From Polyangiaceae bacterium (GTDB lineage: Bacteria; Myxococcota_A; Polyangia; Polyangiales; Polyangiaceae), in assembly GCA_044222475.1 (NCBI GenBank), contig JBGANF010000025.1, positions 13,773-77,772 of the forward strand: 64,000 nt of DNA, written 5' to 3'. Positions 23,370 through 33,164 of this stretch are shown one piece after another. The position numbers were made by a program, and so were the translations under genes. Below the pieces are notes generated by a model that saw only the letters and a program-made list of their open reading frames with translations, had not been told where the DNA came from and ran no database searches. The number at the start of each line of letters is the position of its first letter. Within the stretch, counting starts at the first letter, position 1.

Positions 23370-24659
23370 CTAGACGAGTAGGTACAGGTTCCAAATCGCG
23401 TGCACCGCGATCGCGCAGACGATTCCTCCTTCTTCCAGCGTCAGACCGAACGCGATCCCCAGCACCACCGTCTGGTAGATCGCCGCTTGGTACACCCCGA
23501 CGTGCGCCACCGCGAACAGCAGCGACGCGATCGCGATCGCTCCCGGCGCCCCCAGCCGCGCTCGCAGCGTTCGCTGCACTCCTCCTCGATAGATCAGCTC
23601 TTCGATGATCGGACCGAACACCACCGTCATCCCCACGAACGCCAGACGCGCCTTCACCGCTTCGACCTGACGCGACGACTCCAGCGACTCCGCCTCGAAG
23701 AACCGCGCCCCCGTGTGCGCGAAGCCCTCGGGCGAGAGCATCTTCCACACCTCGCCGATGGATCCCGCCACGTGGTGCGCCAGGCCCGCGAGCCCGAAGG
23801 TTCGCACGAGCCCGTACGCGATCGACTCTCCCGTCGCCGGCCAACCCCGACGAAGCGCGCCCCGTAGCGAGCCGGCCACGAAGTACGACGCGATCGCACC
23901 GACCACGAGGAACACACCCGCCTGCTCCCACAGCGTGAGCCCGATCTTGCGCGCGACGAGCAGCGACGCCGGCAGCACGATCGCCGCCGCGATCGCACTT
24001 CGGATCGCCCGCGGATCGCTCTGTTCGTCCGTGCGCGGCACCTCGAGGTGCAAGCGCGCTGCGACCTCGGTCACGAGCCGCTCGCGCGCCGGCAATAGGA
24101 ACGCGAGCGCCCCCGCCGCGATCGAGATCGCAGGCGCGACCCAGATCATCGCGCTGAGCCCCTGACCCTTCGCCGACAGGATCATGAACACGTAACGCGC
24201 GCCCACCGCGAAGAAGACCAGCGACACCGCCCGCGGGCGCGGCGGCACCGGCCGGAGGAGCTCGATCGCGAGCGCGACGACGAGAAACGCATCGGCGACC
24301 ATGCGCGCGCCGACCGCGGCTCCCTTGACCCAGAGCTCGCGCTCGAGCTCGGTCACCACCAGCAGCGGCATCAACCCGGCGAGCATCCAGGTTCGCAGCG
24401 GGCGCGCGCGCTTGAGCGACGGGACCTCGAGCGCGCGAGCGAACGCGGCGAGCAGGCCGCCGTCGGTTCGCAGGGCCACCAGCAGCGGAACGAACGGTCC
24501 CTCCTTCTTTCGGGCCACGAGCGTCATGGCGTCGACCCGTGGCGCGCCGCCCTTCTCGGGCACCATGTCGGTGGGGAGAACGGGCTCGTCGTCCGCGGAA
24601 GGGGGCCCCTCGCCCGCTTTTCCTGGGGCGCTTTTCGCGCGGACGAAGACGGCAAGCAT
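23370..24659 (-). CDS. CPBP (Abi/CAAX) intramembrane metalloprotease
   Basis: PIIEELIYRG, FAVAH and AVHAIWN motifs with multiple TMs. Start uncertain. Confidence 0.8.
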   Translation of the reverse strand: MLAVFVRAKSAPGKAGEGPPSADDEPVLPTDMVPEKGGAPRVDAMTLVARKKEGPFVPLLVALRTDGGLLAAFARALEVPSLKRARPLRTWMLAGLMPLLVVTELERELWVKGAAVGARMVADAFLVVALAIELLRPVPPRPRAVSLVFFAVGARYVFMILSAKGQGLSAMIWVAPAISIAAGALAFLLPARERLVTEVAARLHLEVPRTDEQSDPRAIRSAIAAAIVLPASLLVARKIGLTLWEQAGVFLVVGAIASYFVAGSLRGALRRGWPATGESIAYGLVRTFGLAGLAHHVAGSIGEVWKMLSPEGFAHTGARFFEAESLESSRQVEAVKARLAFVGMTVVFGPIIEELIYRGGVQRTLRARLGAPGAIAIASLLFAVAHVGVYQAAIYQTVVLGIAFGLTLEEGGIVCAIAVHAIWNLYLLV

Positions 24660-24729
24660 GTTCTTTCGCCGTTCTACCCTGCTTCCGCAGGTGACGGGCG
24701 GCGTCCTTTGTTTGCTAGAATGCCCCCCG

Positions 24730-24861
24730 GTGCTCTACCTCAGCCGCGGCGAAATCATCCTGGTCGCGTTCGTGTTCGCCCTCGTCTACGGCGCGCTCGT
24801 GCTCCCGCGGCTCGCGGAGCGGTGGGGAAAGCGTTTCGCCGGCGGCAGTCGCAAGGAGTGA
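24730..24861 (+). CDS. Small TatA/E-like membrane protein (43 aa)
   Basis: MLYLSRGEIILVAFVFALVYGALVLPRLAERWG resembles the TatA E...FG..KLP pattern. GTG start. Confidence 0.45.
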   Translation: MLYLSRGEIILVAFVFALVYGALVLPRLAERWGKRFAGGSRKE

Positions 24862-24864
24862 CGG

Positions 24865-27393
24865 TTGGAGAGCGAAGGCAACGACCACGCTGAGCCATGG
24901 ACCGTGTTCGTCAGCGACCCTTCGGTCGAGGCGGAGCGCGTGTCTCAAGCGTTGCGTGAGGCGAAGCTCCACGTCGTCGACGTTCCGCTGTCGATGCTCG
25001 TCGCGCGCGTGGCAGTACAGCGCCCCAACGTCGTCCTCGTCGACGCCGACGCCGAAGGCGCGGTCGAGACGGTGGGACGCATGCGCGAGCTTCCGTCGTC
25101 CGACGCGATCGACGTGATCTTTTTGGGACGAGCGGGCGAGGCCATGTCGACCTCGGAGGACGCGATCGCCAACGAAGGGAGCGGGTTCTTCTCGCGCCCG
25201 ATCGATCCCGCCGCGGTCGTGAAGAAGATCCAAGCGCTCGCCATGGGCGAGGCGCCCGCTCCCGCGCCCGAGCCGGTGGAGCCCCCGCCGCCGTCCGACG
25301 AGAAGCGCCCGCCGTCGAGCCCACCTCCTGCGTCGGCGCGCCCGCCGCCTCCTTCTTCACGACCACCGCCGCCCTCCGCGCGACCGCCGCCCCCTTCGTC
25401 CCGACCGCCGCCGTCGATGCGCTCGCCGATCCCGAATCCGGCGCCGTCGCAGGCGCGCGTCAGCCTTCGAACCGGCATCAGCGAAGAGCTCGAGAACCTC
25501 TTGGCCGCAGCCGACGTGCGCGCGCAGGGTCACGGGTCGGCGGGTGATCTCGGCCTCGTGTCCCCCGAGGACGAGCTCGACGCCGTGTTGCCCGAAGCGA
25601 TCTTGGCGGCGCTCGACACGCCGCTCGACGACGACGCGGAAGAGGAAGAGGGCGAGCAGCACCGCGGCACCGGAGACGGGCGAAGCACGACCTCGCGCGG
25701 GCGAGCTGCGGCGTCGTCGGCCGAGGCATCGGGATCGACCGGCGAAGAGGCCGCGCCCGAGCCGGTGACCAACGGCGGTGTCGGCACGAACGCGGGCTCG
25801 ACCGGCGAAACGGGACAACGGGTCGAGGCGCAAGGCACGAGCGCGACCGGCCCCACCACCGGGTCGGGCACGTCGACGAGCCTCCGAAGCAACGAGAACA
25901 CCGCATCGGCGACCGCGTCGCAGCAGCGCTCGGACCTGCACCCGTTCGGCGTCGCGCCGCCGCCCTCTCCGCCGGCCGCGACGCCGTTCACGCCGCGTCG
26001 TCCAAAGAGCTCCATCCCTCCGCCGTTCGGTGGTCCATCCGGTCAGCCCTCGGCGCCGCTGTCGCCGTTCCCATCGGCCGGCGTGCCGAGCGTCATGTCG
26101 ACCACGCTCGGCAGCGAGATCCTCGTACAAGCCGGCGGCATGCTGCTTCCCATGGTGCAGCTGCCCACGTCCGTCCCCGCGGGTCCTCCGCCGTCCCTCG
26201 AGCGGCGCCTCGAGCCGCCGCCCCCGCCGATGGCACCGCTGCCGGTCCCGTCTTTGCCGTTGAGTCCGCCGCAGCCGAGCTCGGCGGTCGCCAGCTCGGC
26301 GGTCGCGACGCCCCCGCTGTCGGGGCCGGAAGCGCCACCGACCGCACCCACCGCGCTCGGCCCGGGCGACGGACCGCGCGCGCTCGCTCGAGCGATCGCT
26401 CACCGCCAGTCGGGCTCGCTGACGTTCGAAGCGCCCGAAGGTGTTCGACGCGTGGTCCTCCGCGAAGGTGACATCATCACGGCGGCGTCGGGCATCGACG
26501 GCGAGTCGCTCCTCGCGTTCCTCGGCGCTCGAGGCGAGCTCCCGCGCGAGCGCATCGAGGCGCTCTCGGGTCGCTTGCCACCGTATGGACGCCACGCCGG
26601 TGCAGCGCTCGTCGCCCAAGGCGCTCTCGCTCAGGATCAGCTCTGGCCCGTGCTTCGCGCGCACGCCGAGTGGATCATGGCGCAAGCGCTGTCGCTCACG
26701 CGGGGTTCGTCGTTCCTCGATCCGGAGCCGCCCGGACGACTGCGCAACGAGCCGAGCGTGTTCGGCGGCTCGCCCGGCGCCGAGGTCTTCGTCGAGGTGA
26801 TCCGACGATCGATCGACGAGCCGACGGCGACCGCCGCGCTCGGCGGTCGCGACACGACGTTCGCGGAGGGACCGCGCGCCACGCTCCTCAACGAGTGCGG
26901 GCTCGGCGGCGCCGAGCTCGATGCGATCCGCAGCGTCATCGGCGCGCGCCTCGACGAGGTCGTCGCGCGATTCCCCCAGACCGACGTCACTCAAGTCCTG
27001 TACGCGCTCGCGCTCCTCGGGATCGTCGTCGTCGTGCGCCCCGCGTTCGCGAACCTCAAGTCCGGCGCGCGCGCTCCGCGCGTCGTCGAAGCGGACGCGA
27101 TGGACAACGCCGCCCTGCGCGAGCGCATCCGCGCGCGCATCGATCTCGTCGAGGAAGGCGACTACTTCGCGCTCCTCGGCGTCATGCGCAACGCGACGAG
27201 CTACGAGATAAGGCGCGCCTACCTCGACCTGCGACGCGCGTTCGAGCCCGCCGCCGTCCTCACTCCGGCGACCCTCGACCTCGCGGAGGACGTCCGCCGC
27301 ATCGTCGCCGTCCTCGACGAGGCCTACGAGATCCTCGGAGACAACGCGCGACGAGAGCGATACCGCCGAGCGATCGACGACAGCCCGAATTGA
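24865..27393 (+). CDS. Receiver-like / Pro-rich linker / DUF4388-like / J-like domain protein
   Basis: N-terminal pseudo-receiver (PNVVLVD...FFSRP); low-complexity linker; C-terminal DYFALLGV...IRRAY..LRRAFEP, which lacks HPD. Confidence 0.7.
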   Translation: MESEGNDHAEPWTVFVSDPSVEAERVSQALREAKLHVVDVPLSMLVARVAVQRPNVVLVDADAEGAVETVGRMRELPSSDAIDVIFLGRAGEAMSTSEDAIANEGSGFFSRPIDPAAVVKKIQALAMGEAPAPAPEPVEPPPPSDEKRPPSSPPPASARPPPPSSRPPPPSARPPPPSSRPPPSMRSPIPNPAPSQARVSLRTGISEELENLLAAADVRAQGHGSAGDLGLVSPEDELDAVLPEAILAALDTPLDDDAEEEEGEQHRGTGDGRSTTSRGRAAASSAEASGSTGEEAAPEPVTNGGVGTNAGSTGETGQRVEAQGTSATGPTTGSGTSTSLRSNENTASATASQQRSDLHPFGVAPPPSPPAATPFTPRRPKSSIPPPFGGPSGQPSAPLSPFPSAGVPSVMSTTLGSEILVQAGGMLLPMVQLPTSVPAGPPPSLERRLEPPPPPMAPLPVPSLPLSPPQPSSAVASSAVATPPLSGPEAPPTAPTALGPGDGPRALARAIAHRQSGSLTFEAPEGVRRVVLREGDIITAASGIDGESLLAFLGARGELPRERIEALSGRLPPYGRHAGAALVAQGALAQDQLWPVLRAHAEWIMAQALSLTRGSSFLDPEPPGRLRNEPSVFGGSPGAEVFVEVIRRSIDEPTATAALGGRDTTFAEGPRATLLNECGLGGAELDAIRSVIGARLDEVVARFPQTDVTQVLYALALLGIVVVVRPAFANLKSGARAPRVVEADAMDNAALRERIRARIDLVEEGDYFALLGVMRNATSYEIRRAYLDLRRAFEPAAVLTPATLDLAEDVRRIVAVLDEAYEILGDNARRERYRRAIDDSPN
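25305..25420 (+). repeat. Coding tandem repeat, about 5 x RPPP(P/A)S(S/A)
   Basis: RPPSSPPPASARPPPPSSRPPPPSARPPPPSSRPPPS in the translation. Confidence 0.7.
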
Positions 27394-27399
27394 AGGGCG

Positions 27400-28326
27400 T
27401 CAGAACGTCGCCGACACGATCGGGACCGACCAGGGCGTCGCTGGTATTACGGGGCGCTCCCCGTACCACGTCGGGCGGCGGACCCAATCAGGACCGGCCG
27501 ATTGAACGGGCGCGCCGAATTGTCCCACTTTGGTACGAAGATTTCCGCCGAGGAGAACGGCGCCGATCACCGTACCGACCGCGCCGACGCCCATGGTGAC
27601 GAACCCGGCGGCCATCATCCCCGAGCCGTTGTTGTCCTGCACGCACGGGGGGGCGGAACAGTAGGTCACCGAGCGGCTCTCCGCCCAACCGAGGAGCGTG
27701 ACGACCACGCCCACGAGGAACACGACCGGCCCGACCGTGACGAGCGTGATCCCGAGCGCGAATCCGCCGGTGGACGCGCGGTCGACGTCGAGGCTGACGC
27801 GACCGTTCTGCGGAGACACGACGAACGGCTTCGACCGTCGCGTGCCTGGACCTCCGATTCGATAGAGCGACCCGACCGGGAGCGGTGCGTCGCACGGTGA
27901 CTCGCAGACGGGCTGCCACGCACCTTCGGCCCACTCGCGCTCGAGGAGCACCGGCACCGGAGAGTCGATGTGGATCACCGTCGTGGGCCCGGCTTGGGGC
28001 GGCGGAGGTGCGACCGGCGGCGTGACCGGCGGCGGAGTGACCGGCGGCGGCGCCACGCGAGGCGCCTCTTCGACCCGCTCGATGACGTCCCAGATGATCG
28101 TGGCGATCTTCCCGCCCTCGACCTGGATGCGCACGCGCTGATTCGTGATGACCTCGATGAGCGTGCCGCGAATCGTCGTCCCGTCTTTCAGGATGACGGC
28201 GTCGGATCCGGCGCTCTGCGCTGCCGGAGGAGGGGCCACCGCTTGGGCGCGCGCTGCGCTGGCTGAGCAAAACACCACGATCGCCGCGAGCGCACCGCGC
28301 GCTCGCCGAGCATTCAAGTCGAGCAT
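27400..28326 (-). CDS. Secreted hypothetical protein
   Basis: Signal peptide; DAVILKDGTTIRG domain; CESPC motif; C-terminal hydrophobic segments. Confidence 0.65.
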   Translation of the reverse strand: MLDLNARRARGALAAIVVFCSASAARAQAVAPPPAAQSAGSDAVILKDGTTIRGTLIEVITNQRVRIQVEGGKIATIIWDVIERVEEAPRVAPPPVTPPPVTPPVAPPPPQAGPTTVIHIDSPVPVLLEREWAEGAWQPVCESPCDAPLPVGSLYRIGGPGTRRSKPFVVSPQNGRVSLDVDRASTGGFALGITLVTVGPVVFLVGVVVTLLGWAESRSVTYCSAPPCVQDNNGSGMMAAGFVTMGVGAVGTVIGAVLLGGNLRTKVGQFGAPVQSAGPDWVRRPTWYGERPVIPATPWSVPIVSATF

Positions 28327-28369
28327 GTCAACCTCGGTCCGGCCGCGTCCATCCTACCGCGGTTCGGTC

Positions 28370-28621
28370 CTAAGGTCCGTAGACAGAATGCCCCGGCGGG
28401 ATCTCCCATCGCCCAGGCACCCACACGTTCTCCGTCCCGTTCCAGTGCCAGTGCCCGGGAACCCACGCCGCGTCGGGAGAAGGCGGCTTGCCTGGCGGGT
28501 CGTTCACTCCGGCCGGCACGGGAGGCGTCTCCGCACGACGGGGAGGGAGCGGCGCCGCCGTCGCGACACAGCCGGTGAGCACGAGGAGCGCGGTAACGAT
28601 GGACGGCGCGCGTTTCGTCAC
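28370..28621 (-). CDS. WXXGXW-repeat lipoprotein
   Basis: Lipobox LTGC; WVPGHWHWNG...WVPGRW. Confidence 0.75.
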   Translation of the reverse strand: MTKRAPSIVTALLVLTGCVATAAPLPPRRAETPPVPAGVNDPPGKPPSPDAAWVPGHWHWNGTENVWVPGRWEIPPGHSVYGP

Positions 28622-28681
28622 GAATCAGGCGTCTAGCACACCGGTTTCCCCCCGGTCGGTTTCTTCGTACCATCGCGCGGA

Positions 28682-29845
28682 ATGCCCAAGCTCGAAGAGC
28701 AACTCGCGAACTTGCCACCGGACGTCCGCGCGCTCCTCGAGGCCCACGCGTTCGACGCGGCGCGGGTGATCGCGCTCGCCGCCGATCTCCAGACGTCGAC
28801 GTCCGCGGACGAGCGACGCGACACGCGGAACCGCGTCCGAGGCGAAGCGCGCGCGCCCTCCGCCGACGAGCTGCTCGAGCTCCCCGCGGTCGGCAGCCCC
28901 GAGCACGCTCGCCTACGCGAGGTGGGCCTCGCGAGCATGCGCCGCGGCGAGCTCGCGTTCTGCGTGATGGCCGGCGGCATGGCGACGCGCATGGGCGGCG
29001 TCGTGAAGGCGCTCGTCGAAGCGTTCGACGGGATGACCTTCCTCGACGTGCGTCTTCGCGAGAACGCGGTCCTGAGCGAGCGCGCCGGACGACCCGTCCC
29101 GCTGTGGCTCATGACGAGCGACGCGACCGAGGCTCCGCTGCGCGCCGCCCTCGCCGAGCGCGGCGCGGGATCGCACGTGGCCACGTTCTCGCAGAACCTC
29201 GGCATCCGACTCGATCCCAAGGGCGACGTCTTCCTCGACGACGAAGGGAAGCCGAGCACCCACGCGACCGGTCACGGCGATCTGCCCGATGCGCTGAAGC
29301 GGTCCGGGCTGCTTCACGCGTTCGTGAAGGGCGGCGGGAAGACGGTGTGGATCACCAACGTCGACAACCTCGGCGCCACCGTCGACGAGGCGATCCTCGG
29401 CCTCTTCCTCGAGCGCACGAACGCGGACGTCATGGTCGAGGTCTGCCCGAAAGCCAAGGGCGACAAGGGTGGAATCCCGGTGCACGCCGAAGGGCGCCTC
29501 CAGGTGCTCGAAGAGTTCCGCCTGCCTCGCGGCTTCGATGCGGAGTCGGTGCGCGTGTTCAACACGAATACCTTCTTGGTACGAGCGGAGAGCCTGGAGA
29601 AGACGGCGATCCCGTGGACCTACTTCGAGGTCGAGAAGAAGGTCGACGGCCGCCCGGCGATTCAGCTCGAGCGTCTCCTCCAAGAGCTCACCGCGCACCT
29701 CCCTTCGACCTACCTCCGCGTCTCGCGCGAGGGGACGGCGTCGCGCTTCGAGCCAGTGAAGGACATGGACGAGCTCGCTCGCCGACGCGACGCGATCCGC
29801 GCCATCGCTCGAGCACGGGGAATCACGGGGAAGGGACGACCATGA
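28682..29845 (+). CDS. UDP-sugar pyrophosphorylase (UDPGP/eukaryote-like family)
   Basis: MAGGMATRMGG..K, GHGD, NVDNLGA, KGG, FNTN and RFEPVK. Confidence 0.85.
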   Translation: MPKLEEQLANLPPDVRALLEAHAFDAARVIALAADLQTSTSADERRDTRNRVRGEARAPSADELLELPAVGSPEHARLREVGLASMRRGELAFCVMAGGMATRMGGVVKALVEAFDGMTFLDVRLRENAVLSERAGRPVPLWLMTSDATEAPLRAALAERGAGSHVATFSQNLGIRLDPKGDVFLDDEGKPSTHATGHGDLPDALKRSGLLHAFVKGGGKTVWITNVDNLGATVDEAILGLFLERTNADVMVEVCPKAKGDKGGIPVHAEGRLQVLEEFRLPRGFDAESVRVFNTNTFLVRAESLEKTAIPWTYFEVEKKVDGRPAIQLERLLQELTAHLPSTYLRVSREGTASRFEPVKDMDELARRRDAIRAIARARGITGKGRP

Positions 29846-31788
29846 CGACCGAGATTCTCTCTTCCATCGCGAGCGAGCTCCTCGCCGATCCGCGGCTCGC
29901 CGCCGACGTCGTGACGCGCCCCCACCCGCTCCTCGTGCTCGTCGCCCGGGGCGAGCTGTCGGTGGTGATCACGGTGGGCTCCGTATGGGACCGCGGGCGC
30001 GAGCTGCTCGTCCCGTTCACCGACCGCGTCGCCGCCGGCACGTGCCTGATCGTCGTCCTCGGTCAGCCCGAGGAGAAGGACTTCTCGACCGCGCTCGAGA
30101 AGGGTCTCGCGAGCGTCCTCGCAGCACACCCCGGCCCGAACGAGGTCTACGTCGCGATCCAGCGCGCGCTCGAGCTGCTCGACACGAAGAGCCGCGCCGA
30201 GCGCCGCGGCAAGTGGCTGCGCCGCTATCGATACGAGCTCGGCGAGCTCGTCAACATCGCGCGCGCGATGACGACCGAGCGCTCGCTCGACCGCCTCTTC
30301 TCCGTCATCCTCGAGAAGAGCCGCTACGTCACCGGCGCAGACGCCGGCAGCCTCTACGTCGTGGAGGGCGAAGAGAAGAACGCTCGCCTGCGCTTCAAGC
30401 TCACCCAGAACGACTCGCTCAGCTTCGACTCGCGCGAGTTCACGATGCCGATCTCGAACCGCAGCATCGCGGGCACCGTCGCGCTGTCGAAGAAACCGCT
30501 GAACCTCCCCGACGTCTACGATCTCCCGAAGGGATCGTCGTTCAGCTTCGATCGCAGCTTCGACGAACGCATCGGGTACCGCACCAAGTCGATGCTCGTC
30601 ATGCCGCTCATCTCCCAGCGGGACGAGGTCATCGGCGTCATCCAGCTGATCAACAAGAAGCGCGAGCCCGAGAAGAAGGTCACCAGCGCCGCCGAGGTCG
30701 AAGATCAGGTCATCCCGTTCGACGAGCGCAGCGAAGAGCTCCTCGGCATGGTCGCCGCCCAAGCCGGCGTCTCGCTCGAGAACACGATCCTCTACGACGA
30801 GATCCGCCAGCTCTTCGAGGGCTTCGTCAAAGCGAGCGTCGAAGCGATCGAGTCTCGCGACCCGACGACCAGCGGTCACTCGCGTCGCGTCGCCGATCTC
30901 ACGGTCGAGCTCGCGAAGGTCGTCGACAGCGCGGTGGACGGCCCCTACCGCGACTGGCGCTGCAGCCGCGAGGATCTCCGCGAGCTCGAGTACGCCAGCC
31001 TGCTGCACGACTTCGGCAAGATCGGCGTTCGCGAGAAGGTGCTCGTCAAAGCGAAGAAGCTCTACGACGAGTCGCTCGAGAACATCCGCGGCCGGTTCGA
31101 CTTCGTCACGCGCAGCATCGAGGCCGACATCCTCACCCGCAAGGTTCACCTCCTCGAACGAGGCGGCAACAAGGACGACCTCCGCGAGCTCGACGCCGAG
31201 CTCGTGCGCAGAGTGAAGGAGCTCGACGAGGCGTGGGCGGCGATCCTCTCGGCCAACGAGCCGACGGTCCTCGCAGCCGGTGACTTCGCCAAGATCGAGC
31301 TCATCGCGAAGGAGACCTACTCCGACATCCGGGGTGACGTGCATCGCCTGCTCAACGACGACGAGGTGTTGGCCCTCTCCGTGAAGCGCGGCTCGCTCAC
31401 CCCGTCCGAGTTCGACGAGATCCGCAGCCACGTCACCCACACGTTCAAGTTCCTGTCGCGGATCCCCTGGGGGAAGGCCTTCGCGCGCGTGCCCTCGATC
31501 GCCGGGGCACACCACGAGAAGCTCAACGGCACGGGCTACCCCAACCGGCTCCGCTCCGAAGAGATCCCGGTCCAGTCGAAGATGATGAGCATCTCCGACA
31601 TCTACGACGCGCTCACCGCGAGCGACCGCCCCTACAAGAAGGCCGTGCCGCTCGAGAAGGCGCTCGACATCCTCCACTTCAGCGTGAAGGACGAGCACCT
31701 CGACGGGGAGCTCGTCCGCATCTTCCGCGAAGCGAAGGTCTGGGAGCGCGCGGCCGAACAATCGCCCGTGTCCATCGTCCGCCGCTGA
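29842..31788 (+). CDS. GAF + HD-GYP cyclic-dinucleotide phosphodiesterase
   Basis: GAF motif (ADAGSLY...YRTKSML.MP...IQLINK); HS.RV, LLHDFGKIG, HHEKLNGTGYP, DIYDAL...RPYK. ATGA overlap with the upstream gene. Confidence 0.9.
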   Translation: MTTEILSSIASELLADPRLAADVVTRPHPLLVLVARGELSVVITVGSVWDRGRELLVPFTDRVAAGTCLIVVLGQPEEKDFSTALEKGLASVLAAHPGPNEVYVAIQRALELLDTKSRAERRGKWLRRYRYELGELVNIARAMTTERSLDRLFSVILEKSRYVTGADAGSLYVVEGEEKNARLRFKLTQNDSLSFDSREFTMPISNRSIAGTVALSKKPLNLPDVYDLPKGSSFSFDRSFDERIGYRTKSMLVMPLISQRDEVIGVIQLINKKREPEKKVTSAAEVEDQVIPFDERSEELLGMVAAQAGVSLENTILYDEIRQLFEGFVKASVEAIESRDPTTSGHSRRVADLTVELAKVVDSAVDGPYRDWRCSREDLRELEYASLLHDFGKIGVREKVLVKAKKLYDESLENIRGRFDFVTRSIEADILTRKVHLLERGGNKDDLRELDAELVRRVKELDEAWAAILSANEPTVLAAGDFAKIELIAKETYSDIRGDVHRLLNDDEVLALSVKRGSLTPSEFDEIRSHVTHTFKFLSRIPWGKAFARVPSIAGAHHEKLNGTGYPNRLRSEEIPVQSKMMSISDIYDALTASDRPYKKAVPLEKALDILHFSVKDEHLDGELVRIFREAKVWERAAEQSPVSIVRR

Positions 31789-31795
31789 CCCACCG

Positions 31796-33163
31796 ATGCG
31801 AACGCTCGCCGGCATCCTCACCTCCGCTACGATCCTCCTCGCCTGCGGCTTCGCCCGCGCGGACGATCGTCCACCGCTCCTCTCCACGTCGGGGACCGAT
31901 CTCGGGGCCGGCGCTCCGGCTGCAACGGCCCCGAGCACCGCGTCCTCCTCGGACGTCGACGCGAAGATCGCGCGGCTCGAGGCGCGCCTCGCCGACCTCG
32001 AGAAGAAGAGCGACGGCTTCAAGCTCCCCTCCTGGCTCGAGGGCGTCTCGATCACCGGCTTCATCCAGCCGCAGCTGATCATGAACGTCTTCAACGCGGC
32101 CGCTTCGCCGAACGCGACCGGCGGAGTCCTCCCCGATGGGATCGGCCCGAACGACGTCGTCGCCCGCCCCAACGGCGACACGTCGAACACGAGCTTCTTC
32201 CGCATTCGGCGCTCGCGCGCGCGGATCACCTACAACCCCAGCCCCTACGCGTCGTTCACGATCGAGCTCGAGCCCATCGTCACCGGCGGCCCGGTTCCGG
32301 GGAGTGGTACTGCGGCGCGCAACATCGAGGCCGACGCGATCGCTCCGTTCGCCAACGGCAGGGCGAAGCTCGTCTTCGGCGCCGGCATCTTCAAGGTGCC
32401 GTTCAACTTCGAGACGCCGCAGAGCGACGCCGACCGGCCGTTCGTGGAGCGAAGCTTCATGCAGCGGAACATGTTCCCCGCCGATTTCGACACCGGCCTC
32501 CACGCCGACTTCACCTGGGAGAAGAAGCTCCTCGTCACCGCGGCGGTTCTCAACGGCCACACGATCGGCGAGCAGGACTTCACCGTCGTCCCGGATCTCA
32601 ACCGCGGCAAGGACCTCACGCTACGTCTGAACTACGACTTCGGGGCGCTCGACGTCGGAGCGAGCGGCTACTTCGGCCGTGGTCAGGTCGTCGATGGCGC
32701 GAAGCTCCGCTTCAAGCAGTTCAACCGGTGGGCGATCGGCGGTGAGGCGGCGCTGCACCACACCTTCTCCAAGCCCCTGGGGCAAACCGCGGTCTACGCC
32801 GAGATCGTCGTCGCCGAGAACATGGATCGAGGCACGATCGCGGCCGGCAACCTGCCGAAGATCCCCGACGACATCGGCGCCGACGTGGTGAACAAGAAGG
32901 AGCTCGGCGCATTCGCCCGAATCGAGCAGAACCTGACGCGACAGTTCATCGTCGGGTTCCGTTGGGATTGGTACACACCGGACTACGCCATCGCGTCGAA
33001 CGGCCGGCACACGTTGGGTGCCGTCTTCGTCGTCAACATGGGCAAGGGTCTGCGCACGATGATCGAGTACGACCACGCCATGGACAACGTCCACGCGACG
33101 GGCCCGGCGCCGTCGATGCGAGTGACGGACACGGTGTCGTGCATCTTGCAGGGTCGGCTGTAG
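31796..33163 (+). CDS. Outer-membrane porin (OprO/OprP-like)
   Basis: Signal peptide, short coiled coil, FRIRRSR, G.FKVPF and beta-strand pattern. Confidence 0.65.
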   Translation: MRTLAGILTSATILLACGFARADDRPPLLSTSGTDLGAGAPAATAPSTASSSDVDAKIARLEARLADLEKKSDGFKLPSWLEGVSITGFIQPQLIMNVFNAAASPNATGGVLPDGIGPNDVVARPNGDTSNTSFFRIRRSRARITYNPSPYASFTIELEPIVTGGPVPGSGTAARNIEADAIAPFANGRAKLVFGAGIFKVPFNFETPQSDADRPFVERSFMQRNMFPADFDTGLHADFTWEKKLLVTAAVLNGHTIGEQDFTVVPDLNRGKDLTLRLNYDFGALDVGASGYFGRGQVVDGAKLRFKQFNRWAIGGEAALHHTFSKPLGQTAVYAEIVVAENMDRGTIAAGNLPKIPDDIGADVVNKKELGAFARIEQNLTRQFIVGFRWDWYTPDYAIASNGRHTLGAVFVVNMGKGLRTMIEYDHAMDNVHATGPAPSMRVTDTVSCILQGRL

Positions 33164-33164
33164 G

